Shown: positions 39,554 through 52,718 of the stretch, piece after piece
Layout: each line of letters begins with the position of its first letter
How positions within the stretch are numbered: position 1 is the stretch's first letter
Assembly: GCF_006345805.1 (NCBI RefSeq)
Contig: NC_042998.1
Location: forward strand, 166,594,001-166,658,000
From: Octopus sinensis
Taxonomy: Eukaryota
Reading direction: 5' to 3'
Length of the DNA: 64,000 nucleotides
Made by a program: the position numbers and the translations under genes
Notes under the pieces: generated by a model
What the model saw: the letters and a program-made list of their open reading frames with translations, nothing else
What the model was told of the DNA's origin: nothing
Database searches by the model: none

Positions 39554-39596
39554 CCACTACAATCGTTTCTTGTCTTGATCGACAATCTTCAGGTGG
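39554..39596 (-). ncRNA. Type I hammerhead ribozyme motif
   Basis: CCAC-CUGAAGA-UUGUC(gaucaa)GACAA-GAAA-C(gauu)GUA-GUGG: full core, three helices, GUA cleavage triplet. Confidence 0.78.
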
Positions 39597-39637
39597 ACTT
39601 CCAATAATCAGTTACAAATTAAATGAATTATGGAAGT

Positions 39638-39682
39638 CCACCTGAAGATTGTCGATCCAAGACAAGAAACGATTGTAAGTGG
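39638..39682 (+). ncRNA. Type I hammerhead ribozyme motif (one extra A after the cleavage site)
   Basis: CCAC-CUGAAGA-UUGUC(gauccaa)GACAA-GAAA-C(gauu)GUA-a-GUGG. Confidence 0.7.
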
Positions 39683-39768
39683 CGGTTTTTTTGACTATTT
39701 ATTAAAATTTATGTATGATTAAGTCTTTCCTTGTTTGTTTTGCCAAAATAGTGGTTTTGTCTCAAATA

Positions 39769-39807
<39 letters not shown>

Positions 39808-39904
39808 TATATATATATAATATATATATAGTTGTTTTTTAGGTGGACACAATTTTACATTAATTTGATGGGTTACTCTATACTTTTTTAGAGTTGTTTG
39901 TTCC

Positions 39905-40180
39905 TTCTCGAGCCACTCCTGGCTCATAAGGGCCAGTTTCCCGGTTTCCTTGGCGTATAGGTTCCCCACCTAGACGGGACACCGGTCCGTCACAGGTGAG
40001 CTGCAAGATGAAGGAGGAAAGAATGAGGAAATTTGTGGCGAAAGAGTCAGCAGAAGTTCGCCATTACCTCCCGCCGGAGCCGCGTGGAGCCTAGGTGTTT
40101 CGCTCATGAACACACACATCGCCCGGTCTGAGATTCGACCGCGAGTCCGCCGCTCTAACCACCAGGCCATGTGCCTCCAC
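39905..40180 (-). mobile_element. SINE family C-related copy with V-like tail
   Basis: Reverse strand GGAGGCACATGGCCTGGTGGTTAGAGCGGCGGACTCGCGGTCG..; tail GACGGACCGGTGTCCCGTCTAGG. Confidence 0.75.
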
Positions 40181-41929
40181 ACTTTTATAGAGTACAGATT
40201 TATTATTCTCATGCAAGAATGTTGGGCAGTCCAACGATGGCTTAGCTGTTGAAACTTTGAAGTCACTAGCAACAATATTATTGCATTTGAATTATGTGTA
40301 TGTATGTATATATGTGCGTGTGCATGATGGGGGGGGGGGAGGTGAGAGATAGAAAGTGAGAGGAAACAAGTGATAACATAAAAAAAGAGATGATATTAGT
40401 GCTGCAGTAAAATATATACAGAGAAAAATAAAATAAAACAAGGAATAGGATATTGAGAAAGAGACCACTGGAACTGTCTGGAGTTGACAGTTGTGTTTGA
40501 GGTCAGGATGACATTGCAGTATTCAACAGTCAAAGCAAACAAGAAGAACATCAACTACAGCAACAGCTTCGTCTGTAGTGCAGGTGGAGAGCAGAGAGGG
40601 AGAGGGAGAGAAAGACAGAGAGGGAAGGTATCTAACATTCAGTCAGGGGGAAGAAAGAAACACATAAAGCAGAGCAATGAGCAATTTTAAGTAGTGAACC
40701 TCTTCCACTTGTGCCGGGTAGGGTGGTTTTAATGTTGGCAAGAGCGGGGCGCTGATTTTACACAAGCAGTGGAGACGAGGGTTAGGGAAGACAGAGAGAG
40801 AGGTAGAGAGACAAACAGACAGACTGACAGACAGACAGACAGAAAGAGAGAGGATGGGTGCATTGCATAGGAAGCTGACTGAGTTAGTGTTGGTGTATGG
40901 CTTGTCGGGCTTGTGTGTCAGGCGGTGGGGGTTTTGGTGTAATTGAGGTGGTTGCAATGGTTTCAACAACAAACACACACTCACATACATGAACACGTAC
41001 ACACACACACACACACACATTAACACTAACACACTAACACCAACACACATGCACACGCACACATACACATACAAACACACAATTGCACATATGTACACAT
41101 GCATGTATGTGTGTTTATGCTTGCACATATGCACTTTTAAACTACATGTGATCATGTTTATTACATATACATATATCTGTGTGTTTGTGCGCCTCTGTGT
41201 GTGTGTGTGTGTGTATTCACGTTTATGTGTATGGTACGTGTTTATGCACTTTTAAATCAAATGCGGACGAATATATATGTGCATATATGCACTTTAAAAG
41301 AAATGAGAACACATTCGCAAATTCGCATATATATATATATACATATACATATATATACAAATATTTATATACATATATACACACCACACAAACATACATA
41401 AATACATGTGCCTGTATATACTATACAAATATGTGTGTGTGTGTGTGCGTATATGAGTGTGTGTGTGTGTGAGTGTGTGTGTGTGTGTGTGTTGTGTGTA
41501 TGTGTGTGTGCATACAGGCATACATGCATTAAGAAAAGTACATTTGATTCAAATGCGCATAAATTATATTCATACAAGCAGAATTCAGACATTGAGTCAT
41601 ATTACATATTCACACGACCAAGCGCACACAACCACACACACACACAAACACACACACACACACACACGTACACACACACACACACACACACACATACACA
41701 CACACACATTCACACACGCTATATACATACACAACACTCAATTTATTTCGTGCATTATTGGTCTTGTCTATGTCTGACTCAAGAAGGATCACCTGCTCTC
41801 GTCTTTTCAGTCATATTTTGAGGGACATTATATTGAGCACAGGTGTAGGGAGGTGTTCTGGCTGAAGTGTATTCGGGTGTCGATGGTTTGTCTCTCGTTA
41901 TTTTGTGAAATTTGACCATTACCCTTTAT

Positions 41930-42395
41930 CTCTTCCTTGTTTCAGTTATTCGATTGGACTGTGGCCATGCTAGGGCACCGCGTTGAAAAGTTTAGCTGAA
42001 AAATAAAAATCGACACTAGTACTTAGCTTTAAATCTAGTGCATATTCTATCGGTTTCTCTCTTGCCGAAGCGTTTAGGTTGCGTAGACATAAAAAAACCA
42101 ACACTGGTTCTCAAGCGGTGGTGCAGGAGAGACAGAAACGCAGAGGCGCGGATATACATACATAGATACATATACAAACATATACATACAAAAATGCATA
42201 AATTCACGCATGCACGCGCACACACACATACACACACACACACACACAACGGTCTTCCATATCAAATTCACTCCCAAGAAATAGACGGGCCCGGATATAT
42301 TGTAGAAGAACTTTCCCAAGCTGCCTCGCTTTGGGACTGAACCCAAAACTACGTGGTTACAAATCGAGTTTCTTAATCACACAAATATGCCTGGT
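41930..42395 (-). mobile_element. SINE family A, diverged
   Basis: Tail, (CA)n and head recognisable. Confidence 0.72.
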
Positions 42396-42446
42396 CTGTT
42401 TAAATATTTATAAGATCATTTCTTCCTTGATTTCATTCTGGAATAA

Positions 42447-42800
42447 TCTATTATATAAAATCCGTTCTGTCTGTCTGACTGTCTTCTAGGATCTCGGGCA
42501 TCCTCCATCCGGTTGCGCTCAAATTTGATATGTAGATACCGACGGTGTCAGGGTGTGTATAAGTCTTGAAAAAAATTACAAAAATCGATTCCAGGTGAGA
42601 ATGCGATCGATAAAACCGTTTTTGTCCTGCTTTTCTTCCGTCAACCTGTACATAACTACCCCTTCCATTTTTTGTGGTTTTTGTACTGTTTCTTTCCTGC
42701 CAAGCTTACTGTTTAAACCATATTTGTGTTCTCCCAGTCAACAGCCTTGTCATTACTGGTACTTTAAACGCTTCGGTTGCATATTTGTGTGAATAAAATC
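42447..42800 (+). mobile_element. Possible non-autonomous Helitron-like 5' segment
   Basis: Starts A|TCTATTATATAAAA followed by (TGTC)n and ATCCGGTTGCGCTCAAATTTG, resembling invertebrate Helitron 5' ends; no 3' hairpin-CTAG found. Confidence 0.4.
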
Positions 42801-43164
42801 GTTTTCTTTGGATTAGAAAAAAAGTCTATCTTTATTTCTTCTTTTGCTGGAGTCTCAAATTTAGGTTAAATCAGTGTTTCTCAAAGGGAAGGCCTATGGG
42901 ACGGTCGGACAGGTTGTTTTGAGAAAATTTGGTTTAAATGTTTGACAACTCAGCACCGTCAATTGGACGGTGGGGGGGGGCGTTTTGCTCGTGTCGAATA
43001 AAGCTGGAGCAGTTGAGAGAAAAGGTTGTACATAATAATATAATGTAAGCTTAATTTTTGTATAGGATGTATGGCACAGAGTAATTTTTGAACTTGGATG
43101 ATTCGTGAACATAATACCTGCATTATTTTGACAACGTCAATGGAATATTTTGCGCTAGACATGG

Positions 43165-43810
43165 ATGTGTTTGTGCTTGTCTCCATCCCGCTGCAATACA
43201 ACTGGTGATGGTTTGTTTATATCTTTTTAACGCAGAGTTTCGGCAAAAGGGACTGATAGAATAAGAGCCAGACTTTAAACAAATATAAACACTAAGGTCG
43301 ACTTTTTTTTTTTTTTTTTGACTAAACTCTTCAGGGCGGTGGCCCAGCGTAGTCGCAGTTCGGTGACAGGAACAAGTAAACGTTAATAAATTAAGATTGC
43401 AGAAATGATGGGAGCGATACCGTGGTGTTAGGGAGATAGAGTTTGAGCTTCTTGAGGCCAACCTTGAAATCAAAGCCTGATGTTTATGATTGACAGAGCC
43501 GCTAGTACGCCGTATGAAATGCTTTGTGGCATTTTGTCCAACTTTACATTCTGAGTTTAAATTTCGCCAAGGTTGACTTTGCTTTTCATCATCTCGGTGT
43601 CGATAAAATAAGTAGCAATCGAGCACTGGGGTCAAGTAATCGGCTAGCTCCCTCCTGCTGAGCTGGCAGAATTGTTAACACCCCAGACAAAATGCTTAGT
43701 GGCATTTCTTCCGGATGTTTACTTTCAGAGGTCAATTGCCGTTATAGTCAAGTTTGTCTTTCATTCCAATTTAAATAAGTACTTGCCAAGCTGCTCCAAA
43801 AATTGCTGGC
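43165..43810 (+). mobile_element. Cluster of a SINE A tail and two diverged SINE B copies
   Basis: A tail 43165-43385; B cores near 43570-43620 and 43658-43790. Confidence 0.65.
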
Positions 43811-43921
43811 CATATGTCCTCGTCTTCCTCCTACTACTACTACTCCTCCTACTCTTCCTCATCCTCCTCCTCCTCCTCCTCCTCCTCCTTCTTCTTCTTC
43901 TTCTTCTTCTTCTTCTTCTTC

Positions 43922-44520
43922 TGCAATTGCGTCCTCCACTTCGCCATACTTTTCCCAAGCAACATTTTTTCAACATTCGATGCAATACCAAGTGGGTTCA
44001 TATATTCCAAAATCCAAGAATGTGGGATCATATCGTACGCCTTACAATAATCAACCCATGACATGGCTAAGTTAGTTTTCCTCCTCTTGCAGTCTCTAAG
44101 TACAGTCTTGTCTACCAGGAGTTGATCCTTAGTACCTCTGCACTTACGCTTGCAATCCTTCTGCTCATGTGGCAGGATTTCATTTTTTTCCCCAGATGTC
44201 TGTACATTGACTCTGCGATTATTCCAGTCAATAATTTCCGCATAAGTGGCAAGCAGGATATCGGTCCGTAATTGTCTAACGTATTGCCTTTTTCGATGTT
44301 TTTCAAGCACAGCACTGTTCTACCCATTGTCAACCAGTCTGGTGTTACTTGGTCGGCATCTAACAAGGTGTTGAGTTGTGTACCTATTCGTGCATGACAT
44401 TCACCAAATCTTTGGACCAGAACTCCATCTGGTCCCGGGGATTTCCAGTGGCCAAATATTTTGCTGATTTCCTTCACTTCTCTAACTGAAATGGCTAGTT
44501 CTGCCTGTTTTGGACAGACT
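43922..44520 (-). pseudogene. RT fragment of a second R4-clade non-LTR element
   Basis: [62 protein letters not shown]. Confidence 0.88.
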
Positions 44521-44569
44521 ACACGCGCAAATTCACAGATAAAATATGTATTTAAAAATTAATAAATAA

Positions 44570-47300
44570 ATAAATTCATGGATGGATGTTATTTTCCCAG
44601 CGATAGTGCTCTTCTCAGTACACGAGCCGTTCCAGTTAATACAATTTTTTGCACTTCCTGTAGGGATGGTAAGCCTGGAATCATTTTCAAATAGGTTTCA
44701 GTACCTTTTTTTATCATTCCTAGAGACCCTACAATCACTGGCACTGTAGTCGCCTTAAGATGCCACATTTTTTCAATTTCCATTAGCAGGTCTTTATATT
44801 TACTAATCTTGTCAAATTCTTTCGCCGCTATATTGTGATCACAGGGAATACTCATGTCTATTAATAAACACATCCTTTTCGTCTGATCTTTTATGATAAT
44901 ATTCGGTTTATTGGCTTTTATAGTCCTGTCGGTCTGCACGGGAAAGTCTCATAGAATCGACACATTTTCTCCCTCAGTCACAGCTTCAGGATGATGTTTA
45001 TACCATTTGTCAGCGGTTTTGATTTTATAATGCCGACATATTGTCCAATGTAAATACTGGCCGACTCTGTCATGTCTTGCTTTATATTCTGCAGGTGCTA
45101 AGACTCTACACCCTGAGATTAGGTGGTCTATTGTTTCAATCTCATCGTTACAGAATCGGCATTTTGCGTCAGCTCCACTTTTCATCACATTGGCTTGGTA
45201 GTTCCGGGTTAATAAGCTTTGGTCTTGAGCAGCTAATATGAAACATTCACTCTCTGCTTTTAGCCCTGAACTTCGTAACCATTGGTGCGTGTGCTTCTGG
45301 TCGACATCAGCTTGTTTGCTACGGGCCACATACTTGCCATGGAGAGGTTTTTGTTCCTATCTGCTAGCTAAATTTTCATGTGCTTTTGTCTTTGCAATTA
45401 ATTTTCTTTTCTTTGCAGCTGCAGTTGGCGCATTTCCTCCAGCCTGCTCAATCTGGTGGGTATCTAAGAGATCAGCAGCGAATTTTTTGCTCTCTTTGAG
45501 AATAGAGTGAAGTTTTTTAGGTCTTTCATGTTTTTCAATCGTTGGTTGCTTCAAGGTATTTGGCCAGTCCGATTGTGGTGGTTTTGTATGTAAGTTCAAG
45601 CTGGATCAAATCTCGACCTCCCTGAGCTCTGGGGAGGTAAAGGCGATCCACGTCTGCCTTTAGATGGTGCATCTTATTACAAGTCAGTAGCTTGCGGATT
45701 TTTCTCTCAATTTTCATTATTTCACTAGTATTCCAGTTAAGCACATTGAAGCTATAAAGAACAACTGGTACTGCTAAGGAATTTATGGCTAAAACCTTAT
45801 TATATGCATTCAGCTCAGACTTCAGGACTGCTCGAACTCTTCTATAACATTCTTTCCTATATTTCTCTTTCATGCTTGCATGCTGGATACCAGAGCCTTC
45901 ATTTATTCCTGGGTATTTATTGGTTTGTTCCTGCTCAAGTTCCTTTATCACTATTTCGACATCTAATTCGATTGAACTTGACTTTACCAATTTCCCTTTC
46001 TTAAAAGTGGCTTTGGCACACTTTTCAAGGCCAAACTCCATCCCGATATCATCACTGAATCCTTTTACAGTATGTAATAATCCTTCAAGCTCTTCATCAT
46101 CTTTGCCATATAGCTTTAAGTCATCCATATAAAATAAGTGGCTTATTTTCTTGTTGTCAATTTTGTAGCCATATCCTGTTCTATTCAGTTCACTTGAGAG
46201 TGATATTAGTGCTATGCAGAATATTAGTGGTGAAAGTGAGTCACCTTGGAAAATTCCACAGTTTATGCTAATGTTGTTTGAGTGCAATACTCCATTAGAA
46301 TGATATAATTGGAGCTTCGTGTTCCATAGTGACATATACTTTAAAAAATCTGAAATCACAGGAGAAATTTTGAAAATGTCCAGCGATTTCAGAATCCACG
46401 AATGTGGTATGCTGTCAAAGGCTTTTTTATAATTAATCCATGAAGAGCTGAGATTTCTGCGCTTGTTATGGCAGTTTTCAAGGATCATACGATTAATTAG
46501 GAGCTGATCTTTGCATCCGTATGAGCCTCGTCTGCATCCTTTTTGTTCAGTGGGAAAGAGGTTATTCCCTTCCATAAACGTATATGTTTTCTCCACTAGA
46601 ATAGATGTCAAGATCTTATAGGTAGTAGATAAACATGTTATAGGCCGGTAGTTTTTTTGGGTCTTTCGTTTTGTTATTTTTTGGGAGGAGGTAAGTAATA
46701 CCATTTGCCATCCAATGTGGTGTTTTTTCCGGGTCTTTCATAATACTATTAAATAGTATTACTAACATTTTGTGTGCGGACGAGAGTGATGAGAGCCAGA
46801 AATTTGGTACTCTATCAATACCAGGGGATTTCCACTTATGAGCCTTTGTTAGTGCCCTCCTTAGGTCGGCGATTGAGATGTCTTCCCATACCTGTTCTTG
46901 CAGATTTTTGTAGTCATCTTGGGTGCATTTGATCCACTCTGCATTTTCATTGTATGGTTTCTCATACTCTAGATCCCCTTCCTAAAGTTTTCAGCTTCTT
47001 CCATTAGGGGTGGATTTTCAATGGTTATTTTTTCTTTCTCTATTTCCCTGTAAAATGATTTGGCATTGGATTTGAACATCTTATTTTGTTTGTAGAATTT
47101 GATTCTTTTCTCAAATCTGCGTATTCTCTGATCTTTTGCTTGAACTTTTTGTTTAAGTGTTTCTTTCGCTGACTTTAGTTCTTCTCTTGTTGAATGTCCA
47201 TATTTTCTCACAATCTTCCTGCCTTTTCTTGATCTTACATCATTTCCAGGGATTAGCTCAGTTAATATTGATATCTCCCTTCGCAATGATTCAATTTCAG
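44570..47300 (-). mobile_element. 5'-truncated R4/Dong-type non-LTR retrotransposon (RT, CCHC zinc knuckle, restriction-like endonuclease)
   Basis: NYRPITCL, EQKGCRRGSYGCKDQLLIN, GIFQGDSLSPLIF, HLFYMDDLKLY, CRFCNDEIETIDHLISGC, RHDRV, KPNIII..LIDMSIP..EFDKISKY; several frameshifts and stops. Confidence 0.93.
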
Positions 47301-47320
47301 TTTCAATTCTTCTTCTTCTT

Positions 47321-47412
<92 letters not shown>

Positions 47413-47413
<1 letters not shown>

Positions 47414-47968
47414 GAGTGAGCGAGCAGAGCATGCCATCAAAGTGACACTGGGGTAAAATATACGAAGCCCAGTATACCCATCATGACTACCCGTCTGATA
47501 AGCGTACACCGGGCACATGCATCACAACCATATGTGCGCGACATGTGATCTCATATCAGATAAACAGCACATGACCTTGCAGGTAGAGCCCAGTTAGAAT
47601 TTTCTTCAGATCGAGTAACCCATCCCGCTCAAAAGGTCCCTGAATAAGGGTTGTTTAAGGACGTTGAACGAAACACCCATGTTTCCAGAGGTGAATTATT
47701 CAAACCCCAAAGAATCCTTCTCAACACATGGCTATGATGCTCCCCCACTACTTCTGCTCGTGATCAGAGATGCACATATCGTCAGCAACTAAGGGACATG
47801 CTCAACTGGTTAAGGTCAAACAACTGACAAGCAAATCTGTGGTATTGAGCAGAATATTTGCTGTAGCCCATCTTTTATCCAAGACAAAACAATGTACATG
47901 ATAACACTTCCAATCAGTTAAGATCAGAAGCCATGAGAGCCACTGCCTGGTACTGCATCAGGGCATTT
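47413..47968 (-). mobile_element. About 555-bp non-coding interspersed element flanked by (TTA)n on both sides
   Basis: Homologous in opposite orientation to 62013-62632; strand assigned so that the tail reads (TAA)n. Confidence 0.75.
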
Positions 47969-47978
47969 ATTATTATTG

Positions 47979-48016
<38 letters not shown>

Positions 48017-48042
48017 TTATTATTATTATTATTATTATTATT

Positions 48043-48125
48043 ATCTTTTTTTTCTTCTTCTTTCAAATTTGCTTCCATTTCTTGCCGAGTGTCTTCCCGA
48101 CTCCTAGAGCAAAGAAACTCATAGT
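48043..48125 (-). mobile_element. Short 3'-end fragment of a TAA-tailed retroelement
   Basis: Reverse strand GGAAGACACTCGGCAAGAAATGGAAGC..(TAA)n; homolog at 61930-62000. Confidence 0.55.
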
Positions 48126-48182
48126 TCGTTAATTTTTTTTTCTTTTTAAGTTAAATTAAAATACATGAGTAGTAATAGTTCT

Positions 48183-48375
<193 letters not shown>

Positions 48376-49189
48376 TGTAATTTCTTGGATACTTCAATTC
48401 TCATTAAGTTTGTTTGATATAGGGCGACTGCAATGTGCAACAATATTCAAACAAACGCAAAGAATAGATATATGATGATTTCAGGAAAGTGGTAAATTTT
48501 ATGAACCCAAGAACGCATACTGCGAGCCACGTCGACTTTATTGCTCATGTATTCACTTCAGCTTACATAATATTTGATGCTACGAACGAAGAACATATGG
48601 CTGTTTAAGTACAATCTTCACTCCAAAATGGTTAAGCTCAATGCTTTGTGTATGTGCGTGCGCGCCAGTATGTCTGTGTATATATAGTTCAATTAAAGGT
48701 TAAAAACCTCACTAAGGGATAATAAAATGCAATGAATATACTGGTTTATTACCTATTACAAAAAATATTGAATATTACATTTAATATTCAACAACAAGGT
48801 AATTGGATACATGTATTTTTGAAAAGATAAGAAAACAGAGATAATTAAATTAATAATAATTAATTATTAATTACGAGATTGGACATCATCTCTGACAGAT
48901 GTTTCGATTTAAGATTCTAGAAATTATTTAGTATAATTAAAAACATTTTAAAATTGAATCTCATCGGAGGCGGAAAAAGATATACCCTTACATTTTCATA
49001 CTGTGTGTTGAGTGTAGGGAGCAAATCCACTCACTAACAAATGTTTTGTAGAAAGAACACATATACAGACTCGCACAGTGGGTGTATATGTATGTATACA
49101 CACACACACACATACACACACACACATATATATATATATAATATATATGTGTGTATATATAAGACATGTAAGTACAGGAAGAAAAAAAC

Positions 49190-50520
49190 CTTTGACAAAT
49201 AATGTATTAACTTAACGCTTTCGCCTAAGGAAAAAGTGTGTTAATGTTTCGGATGTTAGTTCTTCATCAAAAGAAAGGAGAAAACGTTGGAGGAGAAAAA
49301 TGTATGAACTCTCCGAAAAGAAGGAAAGTTAGTGAAATTGGTAAAAATTACACAACAAATGGGAAAGGCTTGGCAATTTTGATAGAGTAAATCTATAGAT
49401 GGTAAGAAGATGGTAAAATCCACATAGAAGAAATAACTGTGATCAAAATGTTATTAAGATCAGCAGAGACGATATAAGATGAGGAACAGTCGAACAGCCA
49501 GATGTAACGTGCTTCCGTTTTCTCTGAAGGTGAGTAGTGGAGGATCCGCTGTTGGAGTCCAAGCCGAAAATCGTGAAGTAAGCGGATTTGAAGTGTCGAA
49601 AAGTAAGTGACGTACTCTATGAACCTGTCTCTAACGTAGACGGGGCAGTGGTTGAGTACGACGAGCGTAGTGGGTGGTACTGGAACGAAAGGATTTGTGT
49701 ATTGATGGGGACAGGATCAGAAAAGGGATCCAGGTGGATGACGTGTCTGTGGAACAAGAAGCTGTTAACAAGGCGGCTTCACGAAATACAAGAAACATTG
49801 AAGAAAGGAATGGTTGGCAGGGAAAAGAAAAGCGATGTGATGGAACAGATTGGAGACAGCGGAAGAAGTGCGAGATGGTAAGTTGTAGGGGTGGGTAGTG
49901 GGATAGTAAGAGATGGAAAGGGAGCTTGGTGGATTGGGTTCCAAACGCAGGATCAACGTCACAGGCAGGAAAAAGGGCAGCTTGGATAAAGATGGGTGGG
50001 TTACTACGTTAAATGAATCGACTGACTACTTGATGATTTCGGGATCTCAATTTATGACTGCAGTTATAGAGACGGCGGAGACGAAGGAAATGGGAAAAGA
50101 AGACGATATGCTTGGTGTAGATGTGTTAGGAGGAGCCAAATAAAGGTTGGTGTGGAAGTCACTGCGTTTGTTGAAAACAAAAGTAGAGACGGTGAACGTT
50201 AAATGGTCGAGAGAGACAGAAATTTTAAGGAAGTTTAAGTTACTGCATATGGAGGAGTTGAAATTGAGAGAAGGGTGGAAGGAGCTAACATGGAAAATGT
50301 AAGAGTTTAGCTCCTCACAGCAGAGAGAGGAGGGGACGCAAATAAAGTCTTAAATGCAACGTATAACACTGGGATGGAAGCAGTGACCTGGAAAAAGATT
50401 GGGACACAATGTAGTAATCGAATAAGTTAGCTTAGTAGGGGTCCATTCTCGTTCCCATGTTCACCCCAATGACTTGTTCATAGAATCTGCTAACGAAACA
50501 GGAACAGTTTTAGATGAAAA
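49190..50520 (-). mobile_element. Decayed Penelope-like element (RT, endonuclease remnant, terminal repeat)
   Basis: Reverse strand YEQVIGVNMGTRMDPY*ANLF (about 50420-50485), FHPSLNF..LNFLKISV..STFVFNKRSDFH, FLRLRRL; terminal TTGATGA..CGAAACATT motif near 49243-49272. Confidence 0.78.
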
Positions 50521-52489
50521 CAACTTCTATATCATTGTATCTACCACTTTATAGGATGTTGTTATACATCACTGGTCACAATGCGCTTTCACTTCTTTCT
50601 TGAGTGTGCTATTCTTTTCCATGTTGATCCCAATTGTTTCATTAACTCGTCTTTTCATTGTCGTAGTGGCTTCCGAGTAGCCTGTTGTCTGTGAACCTTG
50701 CGACATACCTGGAACAACGGAACCTGTGCTTACTTATGCTTTCGGTAGTCTGCGATCATGTCGCTCGCTCCTCCCAGTTCTCGATTTACCTCATTTAAGA
50801 TATCCTCTCGCAACGATATTGCTAGCATGGATCATTCCATGGCATTTTTGCGTCGTAGCCAACCGATGTTCTTATCTCCTCGAAGTAACCCACGTCGGAC
50901 CTCGCCAATCTCCCCACAAATTTGCACATTCCCAACTATAAAGCGCACATAAACATTCATCATTTCCTTATTTTCAAATGGTACATGTAAAAGAAGTAAC
51001 AGAACAGCAAAACAACTAAACTCCTTTTATATCCTAAACAATCCACGATAATTCAATACCTAGTCAAGCACACTACAACAACAACGCTAACCCAGACGTC
51101 ACATTTTCTCTATCTGTCTACAAGAAATAAGCAAACAATTTGCCAACTTCAAGCAGATCACTACAACATGCTTGCCCACCAATTTAAAATGCAAATGCAC
51201 TTTTATAAGCGACACATTAGAAAGAGCTTCACGACGAAAAGTATCAAGGATTTCATAATTCAACAGCACAAAAGTCAGTAACATACACTGCAACGCTAAA
51301 ATAATACTTAACAAAACAATTACCGACGCCCCGTAATATGCATCCAAAAGAAGCTTACCACAGGCAACATAAAATAATACAACCCCATTACACACCAAAA
51401 ATTACCAACGTCATAAAAAAACAAAGACAGCCACAAATATATTACACAAAAACCACACCCAACCGGAACGAAACTCAGCATCAAACATCTAAACAAGGGA
51501 ATAATATATGTATGTATATATATGTGTGTATGTGTGTGAGTGCATACATATACATATACATGTGTGTGTGTGTATATATAAATACGTGTGTGTGTGTGTG
51601 TATATATATAAATACGTGTGTGTGTGTGTGTGTAAAATAGAAAATTAGCAAACATTTGTATCCAACATAAGCCACAAAAGATTAAAACACTATATATAAT
51701 ATATTAGTAGTGTAATCGTCAACAGTAACACCACACCCCGTGTCATAATAATAACGTCAAAAAGTACGTTCACACTGCAACTGCAAGCAAACGCCCTTAT
51801 CAGATATTTCCTAATAGTCAGTCACAAAGAAAACGGAAACATAAAACGAAAAGTATGCCTCTTTTTGAATGGCTGCGATTTTAACCCCTTCATTTCATTA
51901 GGGATCTGCAAAGCTATAAAGAAACCTTGAATAGCTAAAAGTGTCAATCCCTGGCAAAATCAGAGAAAAATATGCGAAATCCTTATAAAGAATGAAGGAA
52001 TCACGGCACCCACCAAAATTTACAACTACTCGTACCAGTATCAGGAGTTGAGTGAGCTTATGACAACTCAAAGCCCCACAAATACTCAAGTGAAGTGAGG
52101 TCACCCTCCTGTGCACAGAAATTCGACAAAAATAAATCCTTCAGATACGCCAACTCAACAACAATTCCCTACTTGAATCGGCCATGATACCGCAAAACCT
52201 GACTTGCAAATGACTTAACAGATCCTATCAGTTATTAAGTTAGACATGGCTTGGGCCAATCTATGGCCGAAACATATTCAAGCTAAGTTATTATTATAAA
52301 CTCACCTATCCGAACAATAGTACAGATTCAGATCACTACACTCAGCCACCACACAAACAATGACAGAGAAAATACAAGATGGTTTCAACAACAGACAACC
52401 TTCCACACATATCCACAACAGTCTTAGGAGATTCAGTAAAAAGAAAGCGAAACGACGCCAGAATATATTTGGAGCATTCACAGATACCT

Positions 52490-52718
52490 ATTTCTTTATT
52501 ACCCACAAGGGGCTAAACACAGAGGGGACAAACAAGGACAGACATAGGTATTAAGTCGATTACATCGACCCCAGTGCGTAACTGGTACTTAATTTATCGA
52601 CCCCGAAAGGATGAAAGGCAAAGTCGACCTCGGCGGAATTTGAACTCACAACGTAACGGCAGACGAAATACTGCTAAGCATTTCGCCCGGCGTGCTAACG
52701 TTTCTGCCAGCTCGCCGC
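52490..52718 (-). mobile_element. SINE family B, full length, young
   Basis: Near-identical reverse complement of 18903-19135. Confidence 0.9.

Larger units (their letters stand above)
39460..39777. repeat. Inverted repeat of about 150 bp (Penelope-type terminal repeat) with a short spacer
   Basis: 39460-39609 is the near-perfect reverse complement of 39626-39777. Confidence 0.93.

Noticed and set aside
45535-46704. 389-aa ORF as a functional gene
   Set aside because: It is one piece of a frameshifted, 5'-truncated retrotransposon; conserved Asp residues are altered (WINYKKAFD, KPN in the endonuclease)
47905-47965. Faint resemblance to U2 snRNA (ATCAGTTAAGATC, CCTGGTACTGCA)
   Set aside because: Matches are short and wrongly spaced; no branch-point pairing region or Sm site
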